This document shows, one piece after another, positions 9,852 through 20,296 of a DNA stretch of 64,000 nucleotides (its first letter is position 1; every line of letters starts with the position of its first letter). Source of the stretch: Dudresnaya verticillata (taxonomy: Eukaryota). The stretch lies in contig OZ374559.1 of assembly GCA_977862235.1 (NCBI GenBank), positions 2,914,001 to 2,978,000 of the forward strand, written 5' to 3'. The notes under the pieces were generated by a model. That model was not told the DNA's origin. It saw only the letters and a list, made by a program, of their open reading frames with translations, and made no database searches. Both the position numbers and the translations under genes were made by a program.

Positions 9852-11570
9852 TTCTGAATGTGTAGCGTGAACGGGGTGGTGATTTGGCAAGGCAAGAATT
9901 GACAATGTGCTCTACACAGGGCCGCGGCGTGGAAAGGTTGTAGGTGGGAGCAGTACGCAACTCGGAGTTCAGTGCAGACACGATAAATAGGTCGGGCGGG
10001 AACGCTCAGAGGGCGGTAAAATGCACTCGCAAGTTGCGTTTCGCGCCAAATACCGCCCAGAATTTCTCCACATGCCATTCTTAATAGTTTGTGAGATATT
10101 CCGAATGAGCAGCGAAGCAGCCTCCCAAGAATATTCTCCTCACTTAACGTAGCAAGTTCCAAGACGTCTTGATCACTGAATACAACGCCACGACCAAAGT
10201 GCTTCTACGCTGGACTGACAATAGTGTTAGTGGATAGAAAGCCCCCCTTAACTTGTTTCAGTTAGCATTAGTCGTCGCAATTATCCCATATCCCGTCTGA
10301 TGCGTTCTAGTGCTTTACCCCTCTCCCCTGTCCAGTCCACAGTCTCTCTTTCTAAATAAAGGTTGGTTCTAAAGGCATCTCTCTTCTAAATGAGATGGCC
10401 GAATCGAAGATGTGAGTTTATTGCAGTGGACGGGAGAGTGACGTCATGTATAATCACCTGATTATCTGCACCAAGAGGTGTGCAATGAAGTGATCCAGCC
10501 ACAGGAATCTCTTTTGAGGATGCTTACGGTACCTCGAACACCTCATTGTGACACTGAAAATCTTTACCTTTTCAACTCTGCACCGTCAAGAAGCCCACGA
10601 ATGTTGACAAGCAATCTCGAAAGCAACGGCTCAGTTTATTCCCAATAACAGTAGAAACAGACTCGTAAATAAGGCGAGTCTCTTAATGGGTGGGGAAGAT
10701 GCCGTTCTCCGCAGCGATGAAGTTCGCTAGTCGGTTTCCCTCCACTGTCAAAAGGGATAAGTGACTTTCATAATCTCAATAAATGGGTACAAGCTTCGCA
10801 AAACCTGATGCGCGTATAGTTCAAAGCGGCGACAAAATGGCTCGCAATGTGGCTATCACCATCGGGGGAAGTTCGAAGGGAATTTCGTACAGACGAAGAG
10901 AGTGATGGCCTGGTTCAGCTCGAGAGCCTGCATGGGGTGGAAATCGCCAGGAGCAGGTGAATATAAATGTTTACTCAACTTTAGAGTGTTTAGAGTGTAC
11001 TCGCCTCGTCCAGGAGCAGGTCGACGGGACAACCGAGTAGGGCCCTGAAATGAGTTTAGGTCACTAATACCCGCACATGGGCCTTCAAGTCGCCCCGCCC
11101 GATCGGGACCACCTAAAACAACCATTAAAAGTTTACCATCACTAAGCTTCACTACTAGGTCAAAGCGGAAGCGATAGTTGTTTTTTTGGTAGTGAGCGTA
11201 ATCCACCAGGAGAGGAAAATCAAAAACAAAGGGAGCAGCCACTAAAGTAAACCGTCGCACTGGATCTGGTCTTGCTGGTAGTGACATATCCTATTAGTAA
11301 GATGGACATGCAGGCAGGATGAATCAATGGAGAAGTGTGGTTGATGCTTTAGAAGAGAATTTGTTGCTGGAAACATGGAGGTACTTTGTATGTAAGTTTG
11401 TAAAATGATGCATTACAACCTCGAGAGTAGGAAGATTTGAATAAAGGGATAAAGGGATGAAGTGCTTGAAAAGCATAAAACGTTTTATACATTCGTCTGC
11501 ATTTTTGCTTACTTTATACAATTAGTGGCACAAGCAAAGGATGTTCATGTTATGTATTACTGCAGCAAGA

Positions 11571-12062
11571 CTAAGGACCTCCAGTCTCTTCCAGAATCAG
11601 AATGGCAATCTTGATCGCGATTATCAAGATCTTCAAGACCAGAATCCAAGGGAACCGCACCGCCTTGGCCAACAGTTCCATCCTTCCCATATTCTTGTCC
11701 AAGGATGTGACCTGTACGAGCTGTCGGAAGGTGCCCTTTAGATCGCTGTTGACGCAAGAAATCGAGCTCTGCACAAGAGATTTCAATTGCACCACGCCCT
11801 TGGACATAAATGGTTCGCAGAAAGCATTCGACACAAAGGCAGACCGTCCAAACACTTGAATACAAAGCGAATGGAGCTCCTTCGTCATCCTTCCGTTCTT
11901 GTAGATTATGTGACACATACATCCTGAAGAATGGATCATGGTGTCGCTTGAGCACGTGTTACTGAGAGCATGAGAAACTTCGGAGATTGGCTTGAGACTG
12001 ACAGCTGTGCAGGTGCCAATGATGGTGCACAGGATAGATGAGATGAGGAAGGATTTCTTCAT
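11571..12062 (-). CDS. Secreted precursor B; unit 2
   Basis: Protein identical to unit 1. Confidence 0.88.
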   Translation of the reverse strand: MKKSFLISSILCTIIGTCTAVSLKPISEVSHALSNTCSSDTMIHSSGCMCHIIYKNGRMTKELHSLCIQVFGRSAFVSNAFCEPFMSKGVVQLKSLVQSSISCVNSDLKGTFRQLVQVTSLDKNMGRMELLAKAVRFPWILVLKILIIAIKIAILILEETGGP

Positions 12063-12509
12063 CTTGTTGGTTGCTGTAGATGAACCCCGAATGGCAGATT
12101 GTGCGTATACGGATTGCGTATAGCAGTTGGTTTGTGTAACACAGACTTGACTTCTGGTTAGCACGACTTGGTTATGTGTGGGTGATCTCGGATTCTTTAG
12201 CCGATTGTAGAGACGATTTGTTGTGTTGGAGAGTTGCTTGTTCGCGTCGATTGCTGTTGGTTTCTGATCCTGATTGCAACCCCGGGTTGGGCGTGCTCTG
12301 TGGTTTTTATAGAAGAGGATCAAATGTTACGCTTGCACATGGTAGCAAGCCCCTGAAACTCAGGATCTAGGTCTAATGCATTCGACTACAAACAAACGCC
12401 TTTACCGTTCGCTCGGAAAGACTCACTTGTGCCTATGATTGTCGGCATTCATAATCGTAGCCACAGGATGAAACAATATTGAAAGTGCTTGCGCCAACAA
12501 CAGGCTCCC

Positions 12510-12911
12510 AATAAAGGAATGGTATTTGGATCAGTAGCAAGTTGGCAGTAGCAGCGGTATCAGAGGAACAGTAGATTTACAGAACAGAGTAGATCAGATT
12601 GTGTTGTGTAGATAAAATGTTGTCCTGTTGAGAGGGTAGAACAAGAGAGAACTAGGCGGTACTTATAGGCAGGCGAAGACTGCCTCTAAAACGTAAAACG
12701 ACCGTTGCCTAAACCAAGAAGAAAGTGCTCACTGAGAAACATTGTGAATACAACTACATAAAACATAAACATGGTTCGTCAGCATGAATACGACCGTAGA
12801 ATAGTATCTGCAGTATTAATACGACTGTAGATCCATTTCATCAGTATGCATACGACTGTAGAATGATTGCATCAGTATGCATACGACCGTAGGACAATTA
12901 ATGTTTTCATT
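12510..12911 (-). repeat. 3' LTR, copy 1
   Basis: Direct repeat of 17382..17783; one mismatch seen, at 12739. Confidence 0.95.
12788..12892 (-). repeat. 4 x 31-bp tandem repeat in U3 of the LTR (core ATACGACYGTAG on +); present in all six LTRs
   Basis: Core starts at 12788, 12819, 12850 and 12881. Confidence 0.9.
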
Positions 12912-12927
12912 CTCCTCCCGCTTTCTT
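12912..12927 (-). other. Polypurine tract AAGAAAGCGGGAGGAG (also 24712-24727, 56075-56090)
   Basis: Purine run directly abutting the 3' LTR on the element's sense strand. Confidence 0.9.
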
Positions 12928-12935
12928 AGCTGAGT

Positions 12936-15900
12936 CTAACCAGTGAACTGGTTTGAGTTGCGAAAGAGATTATCTGTGAAGTTCATGCTGAGCTCTCCAG
13001 AAAACATTGTCAGCTGTAAGGGTTGAACAAGCGGGCTGTTAGCCTTAGTGAGTGGATCTGCAAGGTTGGTCTTGCCAGGAATCCAGATGATGCGATTCAC
13101 TTTGTGCGTCTCAAACTCATATCGAATGACGCTGACATCTGCCCGAATAGAGCGATCAATGGAGTTGCGGCAGGTTGATAAAGTCTCATATAAATCCTTG
13201 GAGTCAAGAGCGACCATCAGGTCAACTTCAACGTCGAGAAGCGTCTTGTAGGCACTAACCAGAACTTTGCCTTCATCGATTGCTTCACCAGACGCTAGTA
13301 TTTCTGCAGCTCCAATAGATTTGACTGGTCTCTTTGACTTGTGTGAACACCATGAAAGTGTATGGAATATAGAACCCATTTCGAAGTCACCGATAAGTAG
13401 ACCTGATATGAAACCAAGCTGGCCATAGTCAGAACTTCGACTAGCGTCTGCAAACATCAGAACGGATAGAGGGTACTCTTTCTTATCTGCTGGTCGCTTG
13501 TACATGATGGTACTTCCAAGTTTTTGCAGCAGTCTCAAAGAGTTGATTTGAGAGATCATATCGTGTACAGTGGTTTGAGGTACCTTCTGCTGTAAATGAC
13601 TGGCATAGAAGGCACAGAATGGCGACGCGGCAATTCCAAGCCATCCAATCGAGCTGTTGACTGATCGGAAGGAACTAGTTTCGACAGCATTTAGAACTTC
13701 ATCTCCTTGCTTTCTTCTTTGTCGATCAATGGGGTAGCAGTTTAAGTTTTCCAACTTTTCATCAGCTTGTATCCTTATAGAGCATTCATCATCTTGAGCA
13801 ATGTGGAGGCCAAAGAAAAGGAACGAGCCCGGACCGTAAACAATTGTCCCGAGCTCATAGCGCTCCTGTATCTTTCCAATAGTTGACCGAACAGTTGACT
13901 GGTCACCAGCAAAGAGTACATCGTCCACAATTTTGACAGCAACGAGTTGCAATGAACCAATTGCGTCCTTCTTGTAAAACAACTGTGGAACATAAACGAG
14001 TTGGCGGAGACCGATCGATGTTAAGAAATTGTCACTTTGTTCCTGCCACTTAGCATTGGCGTTCACAAGACCATATGCTGCAGTCAGCAACAACCAATAG
14101 TGCTGCTTGTCGTCGCTTTCTCGTGGCGGAACGACATAGACGTCTCGCTTTGCTTCTCCTGTTTGCAGAAACGCGCTCTTAAAATCGATCTTGGCCAAGA
14201 ACCACTTGAACTGAGCAGCGAGGGACAGCAAAATGCGAATACCAGTTGGCGGACAGGTTGAAGAGTCTGTTTTCAACTGAAAGCGTTCTTTGTCCTTGTT
14301 ACCATGTGGCGCTATGCGTGCTTTCATTTTCATCGAGCCATCATCATTATTCTTAACTTTGTATATCACATGGCTTGTGATGACATTTGCATGCTTTGGG
14401 ATATCAGAAGCATGGACCATCTTGACTGTTTTCTTAAAGGCCTCTTCTTCTTTTTTGTAAGCATTTAACAATGGAAACGTTGGTAGCCCTTGAGCCTGGT
14501 AGCGCATAAAATCTTTGTGACCGAAGGCAAGAGTATACGACCCAAGAACCTCTTGCAGAGAACTTGTGAGCGTTTGATCTGGTATTTGTACGTTGTTGGT
14601 TGCTATTGCTTCATCCGAGCTATAGCGCCAGGTCTCATCCGATAACTTGAGACATTCTTTGTCACCATCATTGTAATCAATGTTGTACTGGTTGTCATCT
14701 TCGTTAATTGATGCCACTTTTCCAGTGTAGAACATATCGTCGAGGGGCCAATATACATCAATGACGTCACCAACGTTGGGGTGTGAGCTGAGAATATCTC
14801 CGTCATCGTTTTCGTATCCAACCTCCTCTATAGTGGTAGTCTCAAGCTCTTCATTTGATGCCACATCTTCTTTAGAACAGAGCTCATCAATGCTGTCATC
14901 CAGACTTTTGGAGAGAGCATCAATTGCTTCTTGGATGGAACTGCCTAGTGTATCCACAGGTAGGGCAGGACGGACATCTTCAACAGCTGCTTGGACTTGG
15001 CGTCCACGTTTTCCAGGAACTGAAATGGTTCCAGACGTTTTATCGAACGATAAAATCACCTTCGGAGATGACCACTTGCCGCGCTTGGCATTTTGTTCTT
15101 TGATATAAACTTGTACGGTATCTCCAACATTGAATGGTATATCAGCAGTTGACTTGGAGTGAAGGATGCGGGTTAATTTTCGCTTAGCCATGAGGTCATC
15201 GTGGGCCTTGGAAATTTCTTCAGGAACTTGTGCAGGAAATTCTCCGTATGTTATAGGTCTCGTATAGCCTTTCGCCAACTCATGAGCAGAACATACGTCA
15301 TTTCCGTACAGATCATTTGATATTCGTAGTGCCTGCTGCACTAGGAGTCTTTGGTGCTCAGCAGAGTCATTTGTACATCCTTCTTTCAGGCGTAGGTAGA
15401 TATCTCGAATAACTCTGTGCTTAGATTCAATGACATTTTTGTTGTGGCGACGCGGAGGTATAGGGCGAGTTTCAATGTCTTGACTTTTCAGATAATGTAT
15501 GAACTCGGTATTGTTGAACGCTTGGTCAAATAGAACACATTTGGGGGTCCAGAATGGTGTTATCCATAGAGATTCAAAACAATTAATAGCTTCCGTCATA
15601 GTCATAGTGCTTACAACATCGCCGGTCGAATATCTTGAAGCAGAGTCCATGAGATGAAACACGCGGTTCATATCAAGGTGGAAATGATCAATGCATACAA
15701 CGTCGTTAAAGTTCCTGCTCATGGAGCTTAGTGAGACCTTCCGGGTGTCTTTCGGTTGAGAAGTAGTTAAACAACTTGAGCATCTATCCAGGACACGGGA
15801 CAAATATTTCTGTACTTCAGCATTCCAAATTTTGTTTCGCTGGAGCAATATCTTGATATCAGAATAAGAAGAGTGTCCACAGACGTGTTGATGGACCTTA

Positions 15901-17378
15901 TCAACAATCTTCTTGATGTCTCCAAAGGGACGAGTGTCATGGTTTTGGTTGATCTGAGCAGTGGCACAATAGAACTTGTTCGTGACACGGGATGACAGGT
16001 CGGAACTGTTCGGTAGAAATACGTTATAGGGTATGTAACTGTGGAATCCATTGTCTTGGAGACCGATTGAATCTTCAGATGTTGGCATAACGAGCCTGTT
16101 ATCGCCAACATGAACAATGTCACAATGCTTCGTGACATTACGGCCGATAATCCATTGCGAGGAGCCTTCAATGATTAGGTGTCGGATAGACACCAGGTTG
16201 TTCTTATCAGTGCGAGCCATTAAAGTGACCGATCCGAGAATTCTCCTTGCCTCACTGGAGTGTTGCCCTGCACCGTATTGCCAAAAGGCACAAGACTGAA
16301 GCTGTTGGGGTATAGGGTCCAGATTGCCTTCCCAGTCCGGTAGGATAATGGGCTGCAGTATCATAAACTCGGACATCCCTAGACCACTGTACGGACCACC
16401 GTCATCAAGTAAGGGGCCTGTAAAGTCTTCGCTTATCTCATTGTGGGAATCGAGTAGATGACCCATGTTGAAGGTCATGGTTTTCTTCGGTGGTTGTGTG
16501 TTCGGTTTTGCATCAGAAGGAGCAGGATTATCAGTAGACTTGACTCCAGGCTTGAGTTTACCGTCATCTGTGTGATCAGAGTGCCAGTGTCCGAATTTGT
16601 GACACTTACGACATTTGCTGCGGCTTTTAAGATCTGCAAGCTGATCAGGTGTAAGCCTTCTGCGATTCCTTGGGAAGATCGGTCTTCTGAACTGAGTGTT
16701 CACAGCATTTGCAGACAGGGGACGAATATTCTCAGTCATGACTTGGTCACACTGCCTTAGAACAGAAGCTACTTTCTCGTATGAAACTGAATCGAGAAAA
16801 TCATCAGTTGTAGCTGTAGGAGCTATATTTGTGTTGTTCGAAGCTGCTGCAAGAACAGAAACTCTTTGACCGTTATCCACGGCAGAATTTGCAAGTAGCA
16901 TAAAAGCAGTAAGGGCTTCTGGGAGCTTTGTTGTACTGGAGCCAGCATTGAATCTGGAAACTTGAGCGTCGAATCTTGATTCGAAGTTTTTGTATGTCTC
17001 CGTGGTTCCGCGCTTGGTACTTAATAGGGCAATAAAGTTTTGGTAAACTTCACTGACAACCGAGAGTGCATCTCGTTTGTATACAGCATTCACCACAGCT
17101 TCTGAGCCAGTAGCAGATTGGATCTCAGTATCGGGAATGGATTTGCATAGATCTTTTGCTCTTCCATAAAGCTGGGACTGAAGCATTATACCACGAAGTT
17201 CCGTGGGTATCTTGTTTGAGTTAGAGTCTGGGAGCCTGTTATGGAAAGCATTCCATAAAGAAACAGATAGTGAGTACTCTTCTTGGTTGCCTTTGCCATC
17301 TGTCCAAGGAACATTTTTGATATCCCAAGAAAACCTTGGGCGAGTCGGCAGATACGCCGATGATGAGCCTGGGCCCAT
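12936..17378 (-). CDS. Copia gag-pol polyprotein (1480 aa) with Tudor-like domain; copy 1
   Basis: Zn knuckle CRKCHKFGHWHSDH. Protease LLDDGG...IIGRNV. Integrase HxxxxxH..CxxC and D(VCIDH), D(LFDQ), E(IESKH). RT DFKSAFLQ, YGL, IVDD. RNase H FADAS, AAE, LDSK, NLADPLTK. Confidence 0.96.
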   Translation of the reverse strand: MGPGSSSAYLPTRPRFSWDIKNVPWTDGKGNQEEYSLSVSLWNAFHNRLPDSNSNKIPTELRGIMLQSQLYGRAKDLCKSIPDTEIQSATGSEAVVNAVYKRDALSVVSEVYQNFIALLSTKRGTTETYKNFESRFDAQVSRFNAGSSTTKLPEALTAFMLLANSAVDNGQRVSVLAAASNNTNIAPTATTDDFLDSVSYEKVASVLRQCDQVMTENIRPLSANAVNTQFRRPIFPRNRRRLTPDQLADLKSRSKCRKCHKFGHWHSDHTDDGKLKPGVKSTDNPAPSDAKPNTQPPKKTMTFNMGHLLDSHNEISEDFTGPLLDDGGPYSGLGMSEFMILQPIILPDWEGNLDPIPQQLQSCAFWQYGAGQHSSEARRILGSVTLMARTDKNNLVSIRHLIIEGSSQWIIGRNVTKHCDIVHVGDNRLVMPTSEDSIGLQDNGFHSYIPYNVFLPNSSDLSSRVTNKFYCATAQINQNHDTRPFGDIKKIVDKVHQHVCGHSSYSDIKILLQRNKIWNAEVQKYLSRVLDRCSSCLTTSQPKDTRKVSLSSMSRNFNDVVCIDHFHLDMNRVFHLMDSASRYSTGDVVSTMTMTEAINCFESLWITPFWTPKCVLFDQAFNNTEFIHYLKSQDIETRPIPPRRHNKNVIESKHRVIRDIYLRLKEGCTNDSAEHQRLLVQQALRISNDLYGNDVCSAHELAKGYTRPITYGEFPAQVPEEISKAHDDLMAKRKLTRILHSKSTADIPFNVGDTVQVYIKEQNAKRGKWSSPKVILSFDKTSGTISVPGKRGRQVQAAVEDVRPALPVDTLGSSIQEAIDALSKSLDDSIDELCSKEDVASNEELETTTIEEVGYENDDGDILSSHPNVGDVIDVYWPLDDMFYTGKVASINEDDNQYNIDYNDGDKECLKLSDETWRYSSDEAIATNNVQIPDQTLTSSLQEVLGSYTLAFGHKDFMRYQAQGLPTFPLLNAYKKEEEAFKKTVKMVHASDIPKHANVITSHVIYKVKNNDDGSMKMKARIAPHGNKDKERFQLKTDSSTCPPTGIRILLSLAAQFKWFLAKIDFKSAFLQTGEAKRDVYVVPPRESDDKQHYWLLLTAAYGLVNANAKWQEQSDNFLTSIGLRQLVYVPQLFYKKDAIGSLQLVAVKIVDDVLFAGDQSTVRSTIGKIQERYELGTIVYGPGSFLFFGLHIAQDDECSIRIQADEKLENLNCYPIDRQRRKQGDEVLNAVETSSFRSVNSSIGWLGIAASPFCAFYASHLQQKVPQTTVHDMISQINSLRLLQKLGSTIMYKRPADKKEYPLSVLMFADASRSSDYGQLGFISGLLIGDFEMGSIFHTLSWCSHKSKRPVKSIGAAEILASGEAIDEGKVLVSAYKTLLDVEVDLMVALDSKDLYETLSTCRNSIDRSIRADVSVIRYEFETHKVNRIIWIPGKTNLADPLTKANSPLVQPLQLTMFSGELSMNFTDNLFRNSNQFTG

Positions 17379-17381
17379 AAA
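17369..17381 (-). other. Primer-binding site complementary to the tRNAiMet anticodon arm (also 29169-29181, 60532-60544)
   Basis: (G/T)TTATGGGCCCAG immediately after the 5' LTR; matches the Drosophila copia-type PBS GGTTATGGGCCCAG. Confidence 0.85.
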
Positions 17382-17783
17382 AATAAAGGAATGGTATTTG
17401 GATCAGTAGCAAGTTGGCAGTAGCAGCGGTATCAGAGGAACAGTAGATTTACAGAACAGAGTAGATCAGATTGTGTTGTGTAGATAAAATGTTGTCCTGT
17501 TGAGAGGGTAGAACAAGAGAGAACTAGGCGGTACTTATAGGCAGGCGAAGACTGCCTCTAAAACGTAAAACGACCGTTGCCTAAACCAAGAAGAAAGTGC
17601 TCACTGAGAACCATTGTGAATACAACTACATAAAACATAAACATGGTTCGTCAGCATGAATACGACCGTAGAATAGTATCTGCAGTATTAATACGACTGT
17701 AGATCCATTTCATCAGTATGCATACGACTGTAGAATGATTGCATCAGTATGCATACGACCGTAGGACAATTAATGTTTTCATT
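17382..17783 (-). repeat. 5' LTR, copy 1
   Basis: 402-bp direct repeat. Confidence 0.95.
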
Positions 17784-19765
17784 CTCCCTGCCTCACGTTT
17801 CACCTCGGCATCGCGCACAACGTTCACGTCTCCTTTTTTTGTTACAGCCGCCTCTCCTTCCGCCTCCCTACATCCTCCCCCTCTTTCTCGTTTGGCCTGC
17901 GTCGTGATGTTTTACTCTTTTACTGTGCCCGCTCGTGTCAGATCTGCCGATATTTGAGATCTTTCTGGGATACTGAGCGCAGGCAACACCGTTTCAGAGA
18001 ATGTGACTATGATGGCACAATGATACATTGGCACGCGTCCAATTGCAGCAGTTTGCTCCATTTTGCATTGTATGAGTTCGAGTGAGCAGCAATACCATGT
18101 ACCGTGTCTACCTTCTTCGGCCGGTACGGGCTCAATACTCTTCATAAACTATACGGCTGTGAAATGGCATCGTATTCAAATCAAACAGCACCGTACTGAG
18201 AGTGTGATGTGCGGAAAGCGAGTGGGGCAGTCTCGAGTCTTTCGAGCACACAAGTCACACCTGATACCGTGGCGGTGTTTGCTGCTGTACAACTTGCACT
18301 GTGAGCTTTCTCATTTCTCATTTCAGCTGCAATACAACTTCGCGAAGGTGCCAACGTTCGTGAAGGGGCATACTGTGTGAATATTGTGATAGTGTGTAGA
18401 AAGTCGGAAGGGGCTTTTATCAGTTCGTTTTTATGCTGCACGAGCTTGCGAACCTCGTTGGAGGCAGCCGTGAGAGTATAACAAAGCGAGTACTTTGACA
18501 AAGGTCGGTTTGATTCACGTCGTCGGATACATTGAAACTGTATGAAGTGCTTTGAAGGTTACGGAAACGTCAATAAGGCTTTGACTGTGCGGTAATGTGT
18601 GCCTGTGTGTGCTTTAGGTGCTCATATGTGCCATTCCGCTTTCTACGAGATGGTGGCTGAGCCAAGTGTTCCAAGGCCCCGGTCCACCTGCGGCTGTGCA
18701 AGTGGAGCAAGGCGTGACGGGAATGCAACATTCTGGAGCGAACAGGTGGCCTGGAGGCGGGCAACAAGAATATGCGGTCGTCCTTAGCAGCTCAGATGTG
18801 CAGAGATATAATGCAGTGAGATTGTGGTAATGTTATATTATTACTGTTACACCATTTGTTCCCTCTTTCCGGATTTATGTGTGGTCATAGCTTTGAAACG
18901 GCACAGCGTTCTAACAAGTGCAGGGAGCCTCGAGGTTAGAAAGGCCGCACATAGCGCATGATCGCATGATGGCTATTGACTCTACCTGCAGCGTCCAAGT
19001 GAATTGGCGGCAGAACGCTTGCTGGCGGCGGTGACGGAGAACGTGCGGTAGCAGTTGAAGCTACGAGATTTGTGTAACGTGTCAAGACAAAAGGTTCAGC
19101 TGCTGTGAACTGCAGCTACGAATGCCAAAGGCTATCACCGCATATCACTGCGTGTACATACTTGGACCGTCCTGTTGGAATATCTCGGAGATGTTTCCTA
19201 GTCTTTCACTCTTCCGCCGCACTCGTTGGCCGCTGGTGTTGTGCCTAAACTACCACCGCCAGTTGGCGTCGGGTGGGCGCTCGTTCCCCCTCTCATTTTA
19301 CTAGAGCGAGTGGCGCGCAACGCTTCTTCCCCGAGGTACATCTCACAACTTTTCTGCGGCTGTGTGCGTCTGCTGTTACGTTACGTTGGAACGGAACAAA
19401 GCGCTGTTCTGTTCTTGTTCTAGACTATAGTCGAGAATAGCCACATGCCATCGTGCTGTGTCACAGTGCGCCTCACAAAGTATGAAGTCAAGGTTTGCGA
19501 GGTCGTTGCGCCGAGATCGTGGCGATGCTGTATGAAGTTTACTTAAGGCTATATAAGTGCTGGGCGGCTCACCAAAGACTCAAACCACCTAAATCATTGC
19601 GGTACTTCTGCACAGCAGCAAAGCACACTCTATTCACTCACACACACATTCACACAGCATACTTTCCATCTGCACCCGCACCCTTCCAGAACAACTCCTC
19701 AACACATCAACACACCTTCTGTGCTACATTTCTATCCCGTTTACAAATCAACCCGCAACTCCAAC

Positions 19766-20296
19766 ATGAAGTTCACCACCTCTTGTTTCGCAATTTTCTT
19801 GCTCATCGCTGTCTACGAGACGTCAGCTAAAGCTGCCTCCATTGTTTCCACACACGACGCCGTCCCTCAAAAAATAGAGCTCCATGGATCTCGCACCACA
19901 ACTGGCGCATGCTCACACGACGACCTTCTTCAGACGGCAGGATGCATGTGCTACGTTGTACAATCAAAGGGGAAGATGACACGAGAACTTTCTTCATTGT
20001 GCACTGAAGTATTCGGGCGGTCCATTTTCTATTCGGAAAAGTACTGCGAGCCGTTCATGACCGGTGGCATGACCCAGTACATGTCATTAGTCAAGAGTGC
20101 AAATACCTGCCTCAGCACCAAACTCGCTGCATCACTCCGTCAACTGTCGCGTGGATCTAAACACGAGTCGACGTCTACGGCCTTGGAACCAGGGAACAAA
20201 ATGGAGCTGGAAGCGAGCGTGGTTCGTAAGTTCCCATGGAAGCTAGTACTGAAGATCTTGAAGATTGCGATCGAAATTATACTATTGTTCTTGTAG
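19766..20296 (+). CDS. Secreted precursor A; unit 3
   Basis: Protein identical to unit 1. Confidence 0.88.
   Translation: MKFTTSCFAIFLLIAVYETSAKAASIVSTHDAVPQKIELHGSRTTTGACSHDDLLQTAGCMCYVVQSKGKMTRELSSLCTEVFGRSIFYSEKYCEPFMTGGMTQYMSLVKSANTCLSTKLAASLRQLSRGSKHESTSTALEPGNKMELEASVVRKFPWKLVLKILKIAIEIILLFL

Larger units (their letters stand above)
12510..17783 (-). mobile_element. Intact Ty1/Copia LTR retrotransposon, copy 1 (5274 bp)
   Basis: Two 402-bp LTRs; 5-bp TSD CTCCC (12505-12509, 17784-17788); PBS; PPT; single ORF in gag-PR-IN-RT-RH order. Confidence 0.97.

Noticed and set aside
12788..12892. CRISPR-like appearance of regularly spaced short repeats
   Set aside because: The period is only 31 bp, spacers resemble each other, the repeats lie inside LTRs, and there are no cas genes.
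13048..17409. Short antisense and out-of-frame ORFs inside the retrotransposon
   Set aside because: Shadow ORFs of the gag-pol frame with no motifs; many have non-ATG starts.
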